Sequence record: OR515477.1
Reading direction: 5' to 3' (one strand)
From: Escherichia phage Es2
DNA length: 64,000 bases
Part shown: positions 55,121 to 64,000 of the stretch, one piece after another
Layout of the letters: each line of letters opens with the position of its first letter
Position numbering within the stretch: the first letter of the stretch is position 1
The notes under the pieces: generated by a model
What the model was told of the DNA's origin: nothing
What the model saw: the letters and a program-made list of their open reading frames with translations, nothing else
Database searches by the model: none
Translations under genes and position numbers: made by a program

Positions 55121-57177
55121 TGATTTCGAATAATGCACCAGCCAAAATGGTCTTAAATAGTATAATGACTGGATATACAATGGCATATGTCCAGCACTCT
55201 ATATATACTGACTATGACGTTATTGGTAGATCTTTTTGGTTAAAGACAGAAGAAAGTATAGATAGACGTGATTATACTGGTATAGATACTTTCTTCGTAA
55301 TGATTAATAATCTAACCCCTTCTACCTCCTACGGGGTTCAGGGGGCTTTCTATGACTCAATTATTGACTCAGAGTTACTGGAAGCTAAGATTGGTATCAA
55401 CCTCTCTAATGAAACTAACTTTAGAACAAAGGAAAAGCCAATAATTACTGCAGCAAGATCTGAATCAGAACCCGTCGACGTGGGTGTTGGTGCTCCAATA
55501 GTTGTTGTAGATACTACTGGGGAAGCTAGTTACTGCACTATTGAATTAAAAAGTACTGCATCAGAAGATAGTGAATGGGTTAAGTATTATATAGGCGCAT
55601 TGGGATCTACTATCAAATTTGGTGGTGTTCCGGTTGGCGACTATAAGATCAGAATATCGGGTCAAGTTACGATGCCAGATGGTGTTACAGTTGACTCATC
55701 TGGTTATTATGAATACCCTAGCGTTTTCACTGTAGCTTATAATTTCGTACCACCTACTGCACCTACTAACATTGCCTTTAAAGCTGCACGAATCGCAGAC
55801 GGTAAGGAACGATATGATGTTAGAATAGAGTGGGACTGGGAACGTGGTGCTGGTGCTAATGTCCGTGAATTTCTAGTCACTTATATAAACTCTGAGGAAT
55901 ATGCTAAGACTGGCTGGGCTAAAGCTCAAAAGATAAACGTTGGGGCTGCTAGAGCTGCAACGATCATATCATTCCCATGGAAAGTTGAGCATACTTTTAA
56001 GGTATCATCAATTGCCTGGGGACCAAATAAGCAAGATATAACAGAATCAGCTCCTGTAACATTTATATTGAATGAAGATACTCCTCTAGACAACAGCTTT
56101 GTCAATGAGACGGGTATTGATGTTAATTATGCCTTTATTAAAGGTAGTATGAAAGATGGAGAAATCTGGAGGCAGACATTCTTAATCGACGCAGCCACTG
56201 GCGCTATTAACATTGGTCTGTTAGATGAAGAAGGAAAAGCACCTATTTCTTTTGACCCTATAAACCGTGTTGTTAACGTTGATGGGAAAGTAATTACTAG
56301 AGATATTAATGCTGCAAACTTTATTATGACTAACTTATCCGGTAAGGATAATCCAGCAATTTACACTCAAGGTAAATCTTGGGGGGATAATAACTCCGGT
56401 ATTTGGATGGGCATGGATAATACCTCTGCCAAAGCTAAGTTAGACATTGGTAATGCCACACAGTGGATTCGTTATGATGGTGATGTGCTACGTATTTCTA
56501 GCGGTGTAGTAATTGGAACACCAAATGGTGACGTAGATATTGAAACTGGTTTGCAAGGCAAACAAACCGTATTTATTTATAAACTTGGTAAAAGTTTGCC
56601 AGCAAAACCATTAGAGCAAGATTATCCCCCTCCTGGTTGGTCTAAAACACCGCCTAATCGTACTGATATGACTCAGAATATCTATGCTACTACTGGTACT
56701 TTAGATCCTGTTACTAATAGATTATTAGAGGGTACTAGCTGGTCTGATGTAGTTCAGTGGAGTGGTACTGAAGGTACTATAGGGCATGACGGACAACGTG
56801 GTCCTGGGATGTACTCCTTAGGCATACCTGGTCTTGGGGGCTGGGATGATGGACAAGCTAATTCCTTCTTCCAGAATAACTTTGGTAGTCCCCCTGTTAA
56901 ATATGATGTATTAACTGAATTTAATAGTAATGCCCCACAATCAGCATTTACACGGCAATGGAATGGTTCTAGTTGGGTTAACCCTGCAATGGTTCTCCAC
57001 GGAAACATGATTGTTAATGGAACAGTGACGGCAGATAAAATTGTAGCAGGAAATGCTTTCTTGTCTCAAATTGGTGTTAATATCATCTATGATAGAAATG
57101 CTGCGTTATCCGGGAATCCTGAGGCATACTACAAGATGAAGATAGACCTAAATAGTGGGTATATCCATATAAGGTAA
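55105..57177 (+). CDS. central straight fibre protein (pb4-like)
   Basis: 690 aa; position and size. Confidence 0.75.
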   Translation: MGIHLMISNNAPAKMVLNSIMTGYTMAYVQHSIYTDYDVIGRSFWLKTEESIDRRDYTGIDTFFVMINNLTPSTSYGVQGAFYDSIIDSELLEAKIGINLSNETNFRTKEKPIITAARSESEPVDVGVGAPIVVVDTTGEASYCTIELKSTASEDSEWVKYYIGALGSTIKFGGVPVGDYKIRISGQVTMPDGVTVDSSGYYEYPSVFTVAYNFVPPTAPTNIAFKAARIADGKERYDVRIEWDWERGAGANVREFLVTYINSEEYAKTGWAKAQKINVGAARAATIISFPWKVEHTFKVSSIAWGPNKQDITESAPVTFILNEDTPLDNSFVNETGIDVNYAFIKGSMKDGEIWRQTFLIDAATGAINIGLLDEEGKAPISFDPINRVVNVDGKVITRDINAANFIMTNLSGKDNPAIYTQGKSWGDNNSGIWMGMDNTSAKAKLDIGNATQWIRYDGDVLRISSGVVIGTPNGDVDIETGLQGKQTVFIYKLGKSLPAKPLEQDYPPPGWSKTPPNRTDMTQNIYATTGTLDPVTNRLLEGTSWSDVVQWSGTEGTIGHDGQRGPGMYSLGIPGLGGWDDGQANSFFQNNFGSPPVKYDVLTEFNSNAPQSAFTRQWNGSSWVNPAMVLHGNMIVNGTVTADKIVAGNAFLSQIGVNIIYDRNAALSGNPEAYYKMKIDLNSGYIHIR

Positions 57178-57183
57178 TAAATA

Positions 57184-57606
57184 ATGAGTACTGAAAATAG
57201 AGTTATAGACTTAGTAATAGATGAGAAAGTGCCTTATGGTCTACTAATGCAATTCTTAGATGTTGATGATAGTACTTATCCCCCTACAAATACCCCTGTT
57301 AACTTAACGGGGTATTCTCTAAGGGGTACTATAAAGAATAGCCTTGATGAGACTGCGGAAACTTTAGCATCTTTTACTACTAAAATTATTGATGCTGCTC
57401 AAGGTGCTATAGCTATAAGTTTACCCATAGAAGCGGTAGAGAATATTGGTGAAAAAGCCACCAAAGAAAGAGATAGATATAACCCTCGTCAGCGATTCGC
57501 AGGATACTATGATATAATTATGACTAGAGATGTTATAGGATCTGCAATTAGCTCCTTTCGTATAATGGAGGGTAAAGTATTTATCAGTGATGGGGTAACT
57601 AAATAA
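57184..57606 (+). CDS. collar protein (p132-like)
   Basis: 140 aa; position immediately upstream of fibre genes. Confidence 0.6.
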   Translation: MSTENRVIDLVIDEKVPYGLLMQFLDVDDSTYPPTNTPVNLTGYSLRGTIKNSLDETAETLASFTTKIIDAAQGAIAISLPIEAVENIGEKATKERDRYNPRQRFAGYYDIIMTRDVIGSAISSFRIMEGKVFISDGVTK

Positions 57607-59960
57607 TGGCAGTAACTACTAAAATTATCGTACAGCAGATATTAAATATTGATGATACTAAAGCTACTGCTAGTAAATTTCCTAGATATACAGTAACTCT
57701 AGGTAATTCTATTAGCTCTATTACTGCAAGTGAGTTAGTATCTTCTATTGAGGCAGCAGCTAAGTCTGCTGCAGCTGCAAAAGATTCTGAGATAGCGGCT
57801 AAAACTTCGGAGCTTAACGCTAAGAACTCTGAACAGGAAGCTGCTATTTCTGCTGGAGCTTCTGAAGCTTCTGCTACTCAGTCTGCTACCTCTGCTACTC
57901 AGTCTGCCACTTCTGCTACTAAATCTGCAGAATCAGCTGCAGCTGCAAAAACCTCTGAAACCAATGCTAAGTCTAGTGAAACAAAAGCTAAAACCTCCGA
58001 GACTAATGCAAAAACTAGTGAAACTAATGCAAAGTCTAGTGAAATCAAAGCTAAGGCCTCCGAGACTAATGCTAAGGCTAGTGAAACTAATGCTGCTGCT
58101 TCGGCTGCAGCGGCAAAACTTAGTGAGGATAATGCAAAAATCAGTGAGACTAATGCTGCTGCATCCGCTGCGGATTCCAGTGGTTTTAGGAATGAGGCGG
58201 AAACATTCTCTACACAAGCTGCCACATCAGCTTCTGCTGCAAAAACCTCCGAAACAAAGGCTAAAACTAGCGAAACTAATGCAAAAGCTAGTGAGACTAA
58301 AGCCAAAGCTAGTGAGACTAACGCAGCTAGTTCCGCAACTTCAGCTAGTCAGTCAGTAACTACTATTCAAGGCTTAAAATCAGATGTTGAGCAGCTAAAA
58401 TCAGATACTCAGGCCATTAAAAACAGTGCTGTAACAGAGACAACAGCTATAAAGGCAGATGTTGCGCAGTTAAAAACGGATACACAAGGTATTAAAGATA
58501 GCGCGGTAGCTGAGACAACAACTTTAAAAAACCAAGCTGCAACTTCTGCAACTAATGCTGCTAATTCTGCAGCAGAAGCGGGGAGACAGGCTACTGCTGC
58601 TGCTAATAGTACTAATACTGCTAAAACTGAAGCCGATCGTTCAAAAACTGAGGCTGATAGATCAGAAGCTGCTGCCAATGCTACTCCTGACATTCAGCCT
58701 CTTCCAGATGTATGGATACCGTTCAACGATTCACTGGATATGATTACGGGCTTTTCTCCATCTTATAAAAAGATTGTTATTGGTGACGATGAAATTACGA
58801 TGCCGGGCGACAAGATTGTTAAATTTAATCGAGCGTCTACTGCAACGTATGTTAATAAGTCTGGCGCGTTCACAATTGCTGAAATCGATGAACCAAGATT
58901 TGAACGTGAAGGTTTGCTTATTGAGGGGCAGAGAACTAATTATCTATTAAACTCAAATAAACCGCAGTCGTGGCCTATACACTCATCACTAAATAAAGAG
59001 TTTAGTAGCGACAATTTTAACTTCAACTATGCAACAGTATCGCCGACTAATGGTATTATAGGGACAACAGGTGGCTACATGATAATCAATGTTGCCACCA
59101 GAGATAGGTTTAATCTACCTAACGGTGAAAGTTTTACTTTTTCTTGTCGTGCAAAAGGTAGCAAGTGCAGACTCAGAGCGCGTGTAGCTTACGCTGGTGA
59201 TGGTGGTGCTGATGTTTTTTCGGCAGACGCATACCTTGACTTTGATTCAGTATCGGCTTCAGTAAGCGGTCAAACCAATCTTATTAGATCAAAAGTTGAA
59301 CAGCGTGGAGAATGGCTTTATTTTGAAGTGACATACACGGCGGACGCTGATCGCAACGCCATAAACTGTGCTTTCTTTTTTGCTAACAAGATTAGAGAAG
59401 AACCATTTTATGAAGATTCAACGATTACGCTAGCTACATCACAAATTGAGCTTGGCTCCTGCGCATCATCGTTTATTGTATCAGGTGGCACTCCAACCAC
59501 AAGAGCAAGTGACGTTGTGACCATTCCAGCACAAAACAACCTTGCTATTAGGCCATTTACTGTTCTTTGCGAAGTAAACAAAAATTGGACTACTCCACCA
59601 AATGTAGCCCCACGTATATTTGATGTCGGTGGGCACCAGATTGATGATAATTATTTGTCACTTGGGTTTGTATCAACAGGAAAGCTGGCTGCAAATGTCG
59701 GAATGATTCAACCGCAGATTGCTGTTGATGGGGATAAGTTTGTTGTTGGTTTAAGGGCTAAATCAGACTTATCTGTTAATGCTATATTCAATGGCAATTA
59801 TACAACTAACCCTAATGGTAAAGAGTTCGGAATCACGGCAACATCGTACCGATTCGGAGGGCAAACTGCGGCGGGAACTCGTCACTTATTTGGCCATATC
59901 CGCAATTTAAGAATCTGGTTTAAAGAGCTAACTGATAGACAAATGAAGGAGTATGTATGA
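57606..59960 (+). CDS. long tail fibre protein, proximal part (LtfA-like) with tandem repeat shaft
   Basis: 784 aa; tandem SETNAK(A/T) repeats (aa about 90-250) and Ala/Thr-rich coiled coil. Confidence 0.7.
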   Translation: MAVTTKIIVQQILNIDDTKATASKFPRYTVTLGNSISSITASELVSSIEAAAKSAAAAKDSEIAAKTSELNAKNSEQEAAISAGASEASATQSATSATQSATSATKSAESAAAAKTSETNAKSSETKAKTSETNAKTSETNAKSSEIKAKASETNAKASETNAAASAAAAKLSEDNAKISETNAAASAADSSGFRNEAETFSTQAATSASAAKTSETKAKTSETNAKASETKAKASETNAASSATSASQSVTTIQGLKSDVEQLKSDTQAIKNSAVTETTAIKADVAQLKTDTQGIKDSAVAETTTLKNQAATSATNAANSAAEAGRQATAAANSTNTAKTEADRSKTEADRSEAAANATPDIQPLPDVWIPFNDSLDMITGFSPSYKKIVIGDDEITMPGDKIVKFNRASTATYVNKSGAFTIAEIDEPRFEREGLLIEGQRTNYLLNSNKPQSWPIHSSLNKEFSSDNFNFNYATVSPTNGIIGTTGGYMIINVATRDRFNLPNGESFTFSCRAKGSKCRLRARVAYAGDGGADVFSADAYLDFDSVSASVSGQTNLIRSKVEQRGEWLYFEVTYTADADRNAINCAFFFANKIREEPFYEDSTITLATSQIELGSCASSFIVSGGTPTTRASDVVTIPAQNNLAIRPFTVLCEVNKNWTTPPNVAPRIFDVGGHQIDDNYLSLGFVSTGKLAANVGMIQPQIAVDGDKFVVGLRAKSDLSVNAIFNGNYTTNPNGKEFGITATSYRFGGQTAAGTRHLFGHIRNLRIWFKELTDRQMKEYV
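57880..58350 (+). repeat. in-frame tandem repeats (about 21-bp units) within the fibre gene
   Basis: Repeated ACTAGTGAAACTAATGCAAAA-like units encode the SETNAK heptads; generates spurious ORFs in other frames. Confidence 0.8.
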
Positions 59961-60235
59961 GAGATATAATCCTAAAATTCACGGATAAATCAGCATATAA
60001 AGATTTTCTCTTAAAAATAGAGTGGGATACTAATGAAACTTTGCAAAACCAAATAATGCTTGATGAAATTGGATATACTTATACTGAAATCTCTCCGCTA
60101 GGTGATGATGAGCCTAGATGCATCCGTAATGAGGGGTATTATGTTAATGTAAGGATTCTTGATGAATCCTTTACTTACGAATACTTTGAGCCTTTTATAG
60201 TTCAGCTAGAACAGCCTCTTAGAGAGTGGGCATAA
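59957..60235 (+). CDS. hypothetical protein between the fibre genes
   Basis: Track ORF 92 aa; ATGA overlap with upstream gene. Confidence 0.5.
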   Translation: MRDIILKFTDKSAYKDFLLKIEWDTNETLQNQIMLDEIGYTYTEISPLGDDEPRCIRNEGYYVNVRILDESFTYEYFEPFIVQLEQPLREWA

Positions 60236-60244
60236 GGTTTTATA

Positions 60245-61990
60245 ATGGTAACTAAAACAGTAATTCCTACGGATATTACAAAACTTAAAAACGAGTCACT
60301 TAATAAGAATAATAACCTGAGTGACTTAGCAGACCGTGCAGCAGCATGGCTAAATGTGCGTCCTATTGGATCCACCCCTCTTGCGGGGGATCCTGTTGGG
60401 GACTATGATGCCGCAACTAAACGTTGGGTAGAGAATAAGATTAACACTGGTACAGTTGGACCCACTATGAATGGTGTTATGAACTACGGTGTTGGTGATT
60501 TTCACCTCCGAGATAGTCGTGCATATATTCAACCATACGAAGTCGTTTCTGACGGACAGCTTCTTAATAGGGCTGACTGGCCTGAGCTTTGGGCTTATGC
60601 TCAGATGGTTGGGCTTATAGAGGATTCCGTCTGGTTAGCGGATAAATTCCAGCGTGGTAAATACTCATCAGGAGATGGAACAACAACTTTTCGTGTTCCA
60701 GATAGGAATGGGGTACAGCAAGGGTCAATACGTGCTCTTTATGGTCGTGGTGATGGCGGTATGTCCGACGCTAACGGTCGTGCTTTTGAATCCGCTGCAC
60801 CGAATATTACAGGTGCTGTTCCTAGCTACTCAGGAGGTATGTATGCTCAGGTATTCGGTTCTGCTGCTAGAGGTGCATTCTTTTCTGATAATATGCTTTT
60901 TCCTAACGGGGATGGGGATGTCATCCCTGCAGGTAAGACACCGCTTACTGGCCGTTGTAACACGCTAAATTTTGACGCCTCACGTTCAAGTCCAATTTAC
61001 GGAGCATCAAATGATGAGATTCTTACACGAAATTTTGTAGGTGTATGGGTGATTCGTGCATCTGGTGGTTTCGTTGCAGCAAATACATCATGGAGTGTTA
61101 TTAACGGCGATGCGACCAGACCGATAGACGGCACAAGAGTTGAATCAGGGAAAGTAAGCGTAGAATATAAGATTGGAACGGCTATTGAGGCGCAGGGTAA
61201 TGTCTATACTGCTGCAACAATGGGTGGGGCATATTCTACCCAGCTCTCTGTTAAAAATGCCACTACGGGCAAAGAGAAAGATATCAGCGTCACAGAAGAT
61301 GGTGATCTGTGGTCCGACCGCTTTAAGGCTAGATTTGGCACCCGTATGGCTTGGGCTCAGACCGGCTGGGCCTATGGCACATTTTCCCAAGCCAACCAAT
61401 CCATCGGTAACGACTACAATTTCTACAGTATTCTTAGCGGCTCCCAAAGTTCAAGCACGGGCTATAAAACTCATACCCATATTGGTCAAATCCACAATGA
61501 CAACGGTTCATTTGCTGATAGCTGCTGGCATGTTGCAGGTGATGATGATAACAAATATGGTGTACGTTTAAAAATTCAGCCTAATAATAATAGTATTTAT
61601 TTCTATTCTTGGTGGCCTGGTGCTTCAGCAGTCTATACTTTGCAATTAAATGCTGTATCTGATTCTCGCTTAAAGCATGATATTAAGGCTATAGACGCAA
61701 CTAAGTCCATCGAGGTATTAAAAGGATTAGAATTCCAATCCTTTGTATATAATAACGATGAAAAATCTCGCGTCCGACGTGGGGTTATTGCTCAGCAAGT
61801 AGAGACTATAGAACCACTTTATGTAAAAACTAGAAGATTTTATAATAATGATGGGGTGGAGCAAGAACAGAAGGAATTAGATACGACTCCAATGCTTCTT
61901 GACACTATGCATGTCGTGCAAGAACTTATAAAACGGATTGAATCTTTGGAAGAAGAACTCAAACAATTAAAAGTACAATTAGTACAGTAA
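60245..61990 (+). CDS. long tail fibre protein, distal part (LtfB-like) with C-terminal intramolecular-chaperone-like domain
   Basis: 581 aa; C-terminal SDSRLKHDI...RRGVIAQQVE segment and terminal coiled coil resemble self-cleaving fibre chaperone domains. Confidence 0.65.
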   Translation: MVTKTVIPTDITKLKNESLNKNNNLSDLADRAAAWLNVRPIGSTPLAGDPVGDYDAATKRWVENKINTGTVGPTMNGVMNYGVGDFHLRDSRAYIQPYEVVSDGQLLNRADWPELWAYAQMVGLIEDSVWLADKFQRGKYSSGDGTTTFRVPDRNGVQQGSIRALYGRGDGGMSDANGRAFESAAPNITGAVPSYSGGMYAQVFGSAARGAFFSDNMLFPNGDGDVIPAGKTPLTGRCNTLNFDASRSSPIYGASNDEILTRNFVGVWVIRASGGFVAANTSWSVINGDATRPIDGTRVESGKVSVEYKIGTAIEAQGNVYTAATMGGAYSTQLSVKNATTGKEKDISVTEDGDLWSDRFKARFGTRMAWAQTGWAYGTFSQANQSIGNDYNFYSILSGSQSSSTGYKTHTHIGQIHNDNGSFADSCWHVAGDDDNKYGVRLKIQPNNNSIYFYSWWPGASAVYTLQLNAVSDSRLKHDIKAIDATKSIEVLKGLEFQSFVYNNDEKSRVRRGVIAQQVETIEPLYVKTRRFYNNDGVEQEQKELDTTPMLLDTMHVVQELIKRIESLEEELKQLKVQLVQ

Positions 61991-61995
61991 TAAAA

Positions 61996-62030
61996 GAAAA
62001 CCCCAGTGGACAAAATCCACTGGGGTTTTA
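61996..62030. terminator. bidirectional intrinsic terminator between convergent genes
   Basis: Hairpin CCCCAGTGGA...TCCACTGGGG flanked by an A-run upstream and T-run downstream. Confidence 0.8.
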
Positions 62031-62034
62031 TTAC

Positions 62035-62295
62035 TTATTTACTGCCTTCTATAATACCAAGATTATAAATGGCTAAAAGGAATTTTAAATGCTCATTGTC
62101 ACTATTAGTGCAAAGTTCTATAAAACCTTCAGGATCCCAAAAAGTAACATTACCTTCTTTATCTGTTTTCAGCACAAACTTTTCGGATTCAGTGGTTTTA
62201 ATCTGATAAGTAGACATATTGGTATTAACAATACCTACCATACTAGGGTTAGTAAAATTATTTGTTTCCTGAACTTCCAAATCCACCTTCTCCAC
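62035..62295 (-). CDS. hypothetical protein
   Basis: Track ORF 86 aa; overlaps start of dUTPase gene region. Confidence 0.5.
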   Translation of the reverse strand: MEKVDLEVQETNNFTNPSMVGIVNTNMSTYQIKTTESEKFVLKTDKEGNVTFWDPEGFIELCTNSDNEHLKFLLAIYNLGIIEGSK

Positions 62296-62704
62296 GTTCT
62301 GTCTCCTCTAGTTCATCAACGATTTCAAAATGATGAGTTGAATAGTGTGGTAGTACCACTAGCTGACAAAGTCTTTCAAAATTTTCCAGGGTTTGCATTT
62401 CGGAACCGTAATTGAATAGGTTCATCTTAATAGTTCCACGATAGTCTGAGTCGATCACTCCTGCGGTGTTTGCAATCATCAGATGACGCTTACCTAAGGA
62501 GCTACGAGGAACTACCAAACCGAACCAACCTCGCGGAATTTCTACCGCGACACCGGTGTCAATCATTAAGGATTTGCCTGGTGCAATAGCACGTAAATCT
62601 GCAGCAGGGTTAGTACCAAAGAATGCTCGCAGATCCATACCTGCAGCATCTTCGGAACCAATCTTAGGCATACAATCTGGATGAGTTAATTTAATTTTAA
62701 TCAT
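62258..62704 (-). CDS. dut: dUTPase
   Basis: 148 aa; GVIDSDYRG and C-terminal RGEGGFGSSG motifs. Confidence 0.9.
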   Translation of the reverse strand: MIKIKLTHPDCMPKIGSEDAAGMDLRAFFGTNPAADLRAIAPGKSLMIDTGVAVEIPRGWFGLVVPRSSLGKRHLMIANTAGVIDSDYRGTIKMNLFNYGSEMQTLENFERLCQLVVLPHYSTHHFEIVDELEETERGEGGFGSSGNK

Positions 62705-63576
62705 TGTTCTGCAATCTCCAAAATATCTTTTGTAAACTTATCTAATACATCTTGACCTACAGCGGCGATAGCATCTACACAGTAGGTTGGTAAATCAACC
62801 AGAATTAAGTTTCGATAAAGTAATTCTTCCGAAGCATTTAAATTCTGTATATATTTCTGTTTTCCAGGTAGTGGAAGCTGATCAATAATATCCAGAACGT
62901 TACCAAATTCACGAATAATATTATACCCGCGTTTTGCCCCAATACCTTCAACACCTCGGATATTATCCCCTAAATCACCCATAATTGCTTTCAGAGAGAT
63001 AAACTGCTCTACATCGTCAACATTATGATGCTCATACATATCACGAAGATGATATTCACGACGTGTTGTAAAAGAAAAACGAGAAACTTTATCAGTTAAT
63101 AAAGTATCCCAGTCACCATCAGTAGAAATCAACCAAACGTGATCATACAGATGTCCAATGAGTTTAACAATATAAGCCGCCATATCATCTGCTTCTACAC
63201 CACGAATAGTGAAAGTTGGGAATGTAGTTTCACATAATTCGAAAGCATCTTTCAAATACTCGAAGAACTGCTCATCTAATGCTTTCTCCTCTTCCGTACG
63301 CTGAGAGTATTTCTCATCTCGGTTCCCTTTATACTCGGGGAGATGCTCTAAGCGGAATGCAGACTTTCCTTTATCTCCTAAAACTATTGTAGTTCTAGCG
63401 GAATAAGATTTTGCTAGAGACTGAATAGTGGAAACATAACTTGAGGCAAATGGTTTTTTACTGTTATTATGCTTGAAGCGAAAGCCTAAGTTAGTTCCAT
63501 CGACAATCATTAGGTTACGACGGGAAGCCATTTCAGCTTCCTCTTCTTCAATAAATTTTCCCCAGGATTTACTCAT
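62701..63576 (-). CDS. D15: 5'-3' exonuclease / flap endonuclease (D15-like)
   Basis: 291 aa; N-terminus MSKSWGKFIEEEEAEMASRRNLMIVDGTNLGFRF matches my recollection of T5 exonuclease; acidic PIN-like residues. Confidence 0.9.
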   Translation of the reverse strand: MSKSWGKFIEEEEAEMASRRNLMIVDGTNLGFRFKHNNSKKPFASSYVSTIQSLAKSYSARTTIVLGDKGKSAFRLEHLPEYKGNRDEKYSQRTEEEKALDEQFFEYLKDAFELCETTFPTFTIRGVEADDMAAYIVKLIGHLYDHVWLISTDGDWDTLLTDKVSRFSFTTRREYHLRDMYEHHNVDDVEQFISLKAIMGDLGDNIRGVEGIGAKRGYNIIREFGNVLDIIDQLPLPGKQKYIQNLNASEELLYRNLILVDLPTYCVDAIAAVGQDVLDKFTKDILEIAEQ

Positions 63577-64000
63577 TATTTAATTAAGTCCTCAACAGAT
63601 GCATGATGTAGCCACGGCTCAAATAAACCAATTACGATTTCCATGTCTTTCTTATTTAACACCATATGGGTACGACTCATTAAGTTGTCAACCATCGGGT
63701 CTGAGCTATCCAAAGCTATTAACCACTGTCCTCTGTCTTTCTTGAATATTAATGCAGGTTTGGAGTTCATCTGCTCACCTTCACGTGAGCATTGCTGCCA
63801 CCACTTCTCTAGAGTGGATTCACCAACATTAAATAAATTACTTGATATATTATCATCTTTATACCACTTAACTTCGAAGCAGTATTTACTAATGTGTCCA
63901 CTTTGTGGTGGAAGGTAGATGTCACCTTTTAGTCCATGGCTCTGGCCAAAAGCACCAGAGCCAGGAACACGTTCCCACTCAAGACCTGTACGCTCACGTA
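63576..64000 (-). CDS. hypothetical replication-region protein, partial (5' end beyond window)
   Basis: Hand translation shows the frame of track ORF 63576..63770 stays open to the window edge. Confidence 0.5.
   Translation of the reverse strand, partial: RERTGLEWERVPGSGAFGQSHGLKGDIYLPPQSGHISKYCFEVKWYKDDNISSNLFNVGESTLEKWWQQCSREGEQMNSKPALIFKKDRGQWLIALDSSDPMVDNLMSRTHMVLNKKDMEIVIGLFEPWLHHASVEDLIK

Noticed and set aside
57899-58743. Antisense and alternative-frame ORFs inside the fibre gene (57899..58306 -, 57933..58217 -, 57964..58359 +, 58409..58693 -, 58555..58743 +)
   Set aside because: Generated by the in-frame tandem repeats and Ala-rich coding; fully contained in a long, well-supported gene.
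1-64000. Integrated prophage or integrative element with integrase and attachment sites
   Set aside because: No integrase or recombinase-like ORF found; gene content is a lytic T5-type layout and tRNAs are phage-encoded clusters, not integration targets.

Overview
This window reads as a T5-like siphovirus (Tequintavirus-type) genome segment; every product name below is assigned from protein motifs, sizes and gene order recalled from memory, not from any database search. Layout: (1) 1-22.5 kb, an AT-rich early region on the + strand with at least 18 tRNA genes interleaved with small ORFs, at least 10 near-identical strong sigma70-type promoter-leader cassettes, and recognisable early genes (dNMP kinase, ClpP-like protease, holin, endolysin, thioredoxin-like, two phosphoesterases); (2) 22.5-24.3 kb, a non-coding repeat-dense region; (3) 24.3-34.5 kb, a more GC-rich pre-early-like module holding a compact leftward operon bracketed by DnaA-box inverted repeats, an HNH endonuclease, and A2-like, A1-like and dmp-like genes; (4) 34.6-62 kb, a complete late module (Llp-like lipoprotein, receptor-binding protein, terminase, portal, protease, capsid, tail tube, tape measure, baseplate proteins, two-gene tail fibre); (5) 62-64 kb, dUTPase and flap endonuclease on the - strand. 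The strongest candidates for an undescribed system are the inverted-repeat-bracketed operon at 24.4-26.8 kb (including a small acidic protein and two membrane micro-proteins) and three tandem paralogous membrane micro-proteins at 33.8-34.3 kb. The tRNA cluster also contains several non-canonical tRNA-like elements. Coordinates of tRNAs, promoters and terminators were folded by eye and may be off by a few nucleotides.
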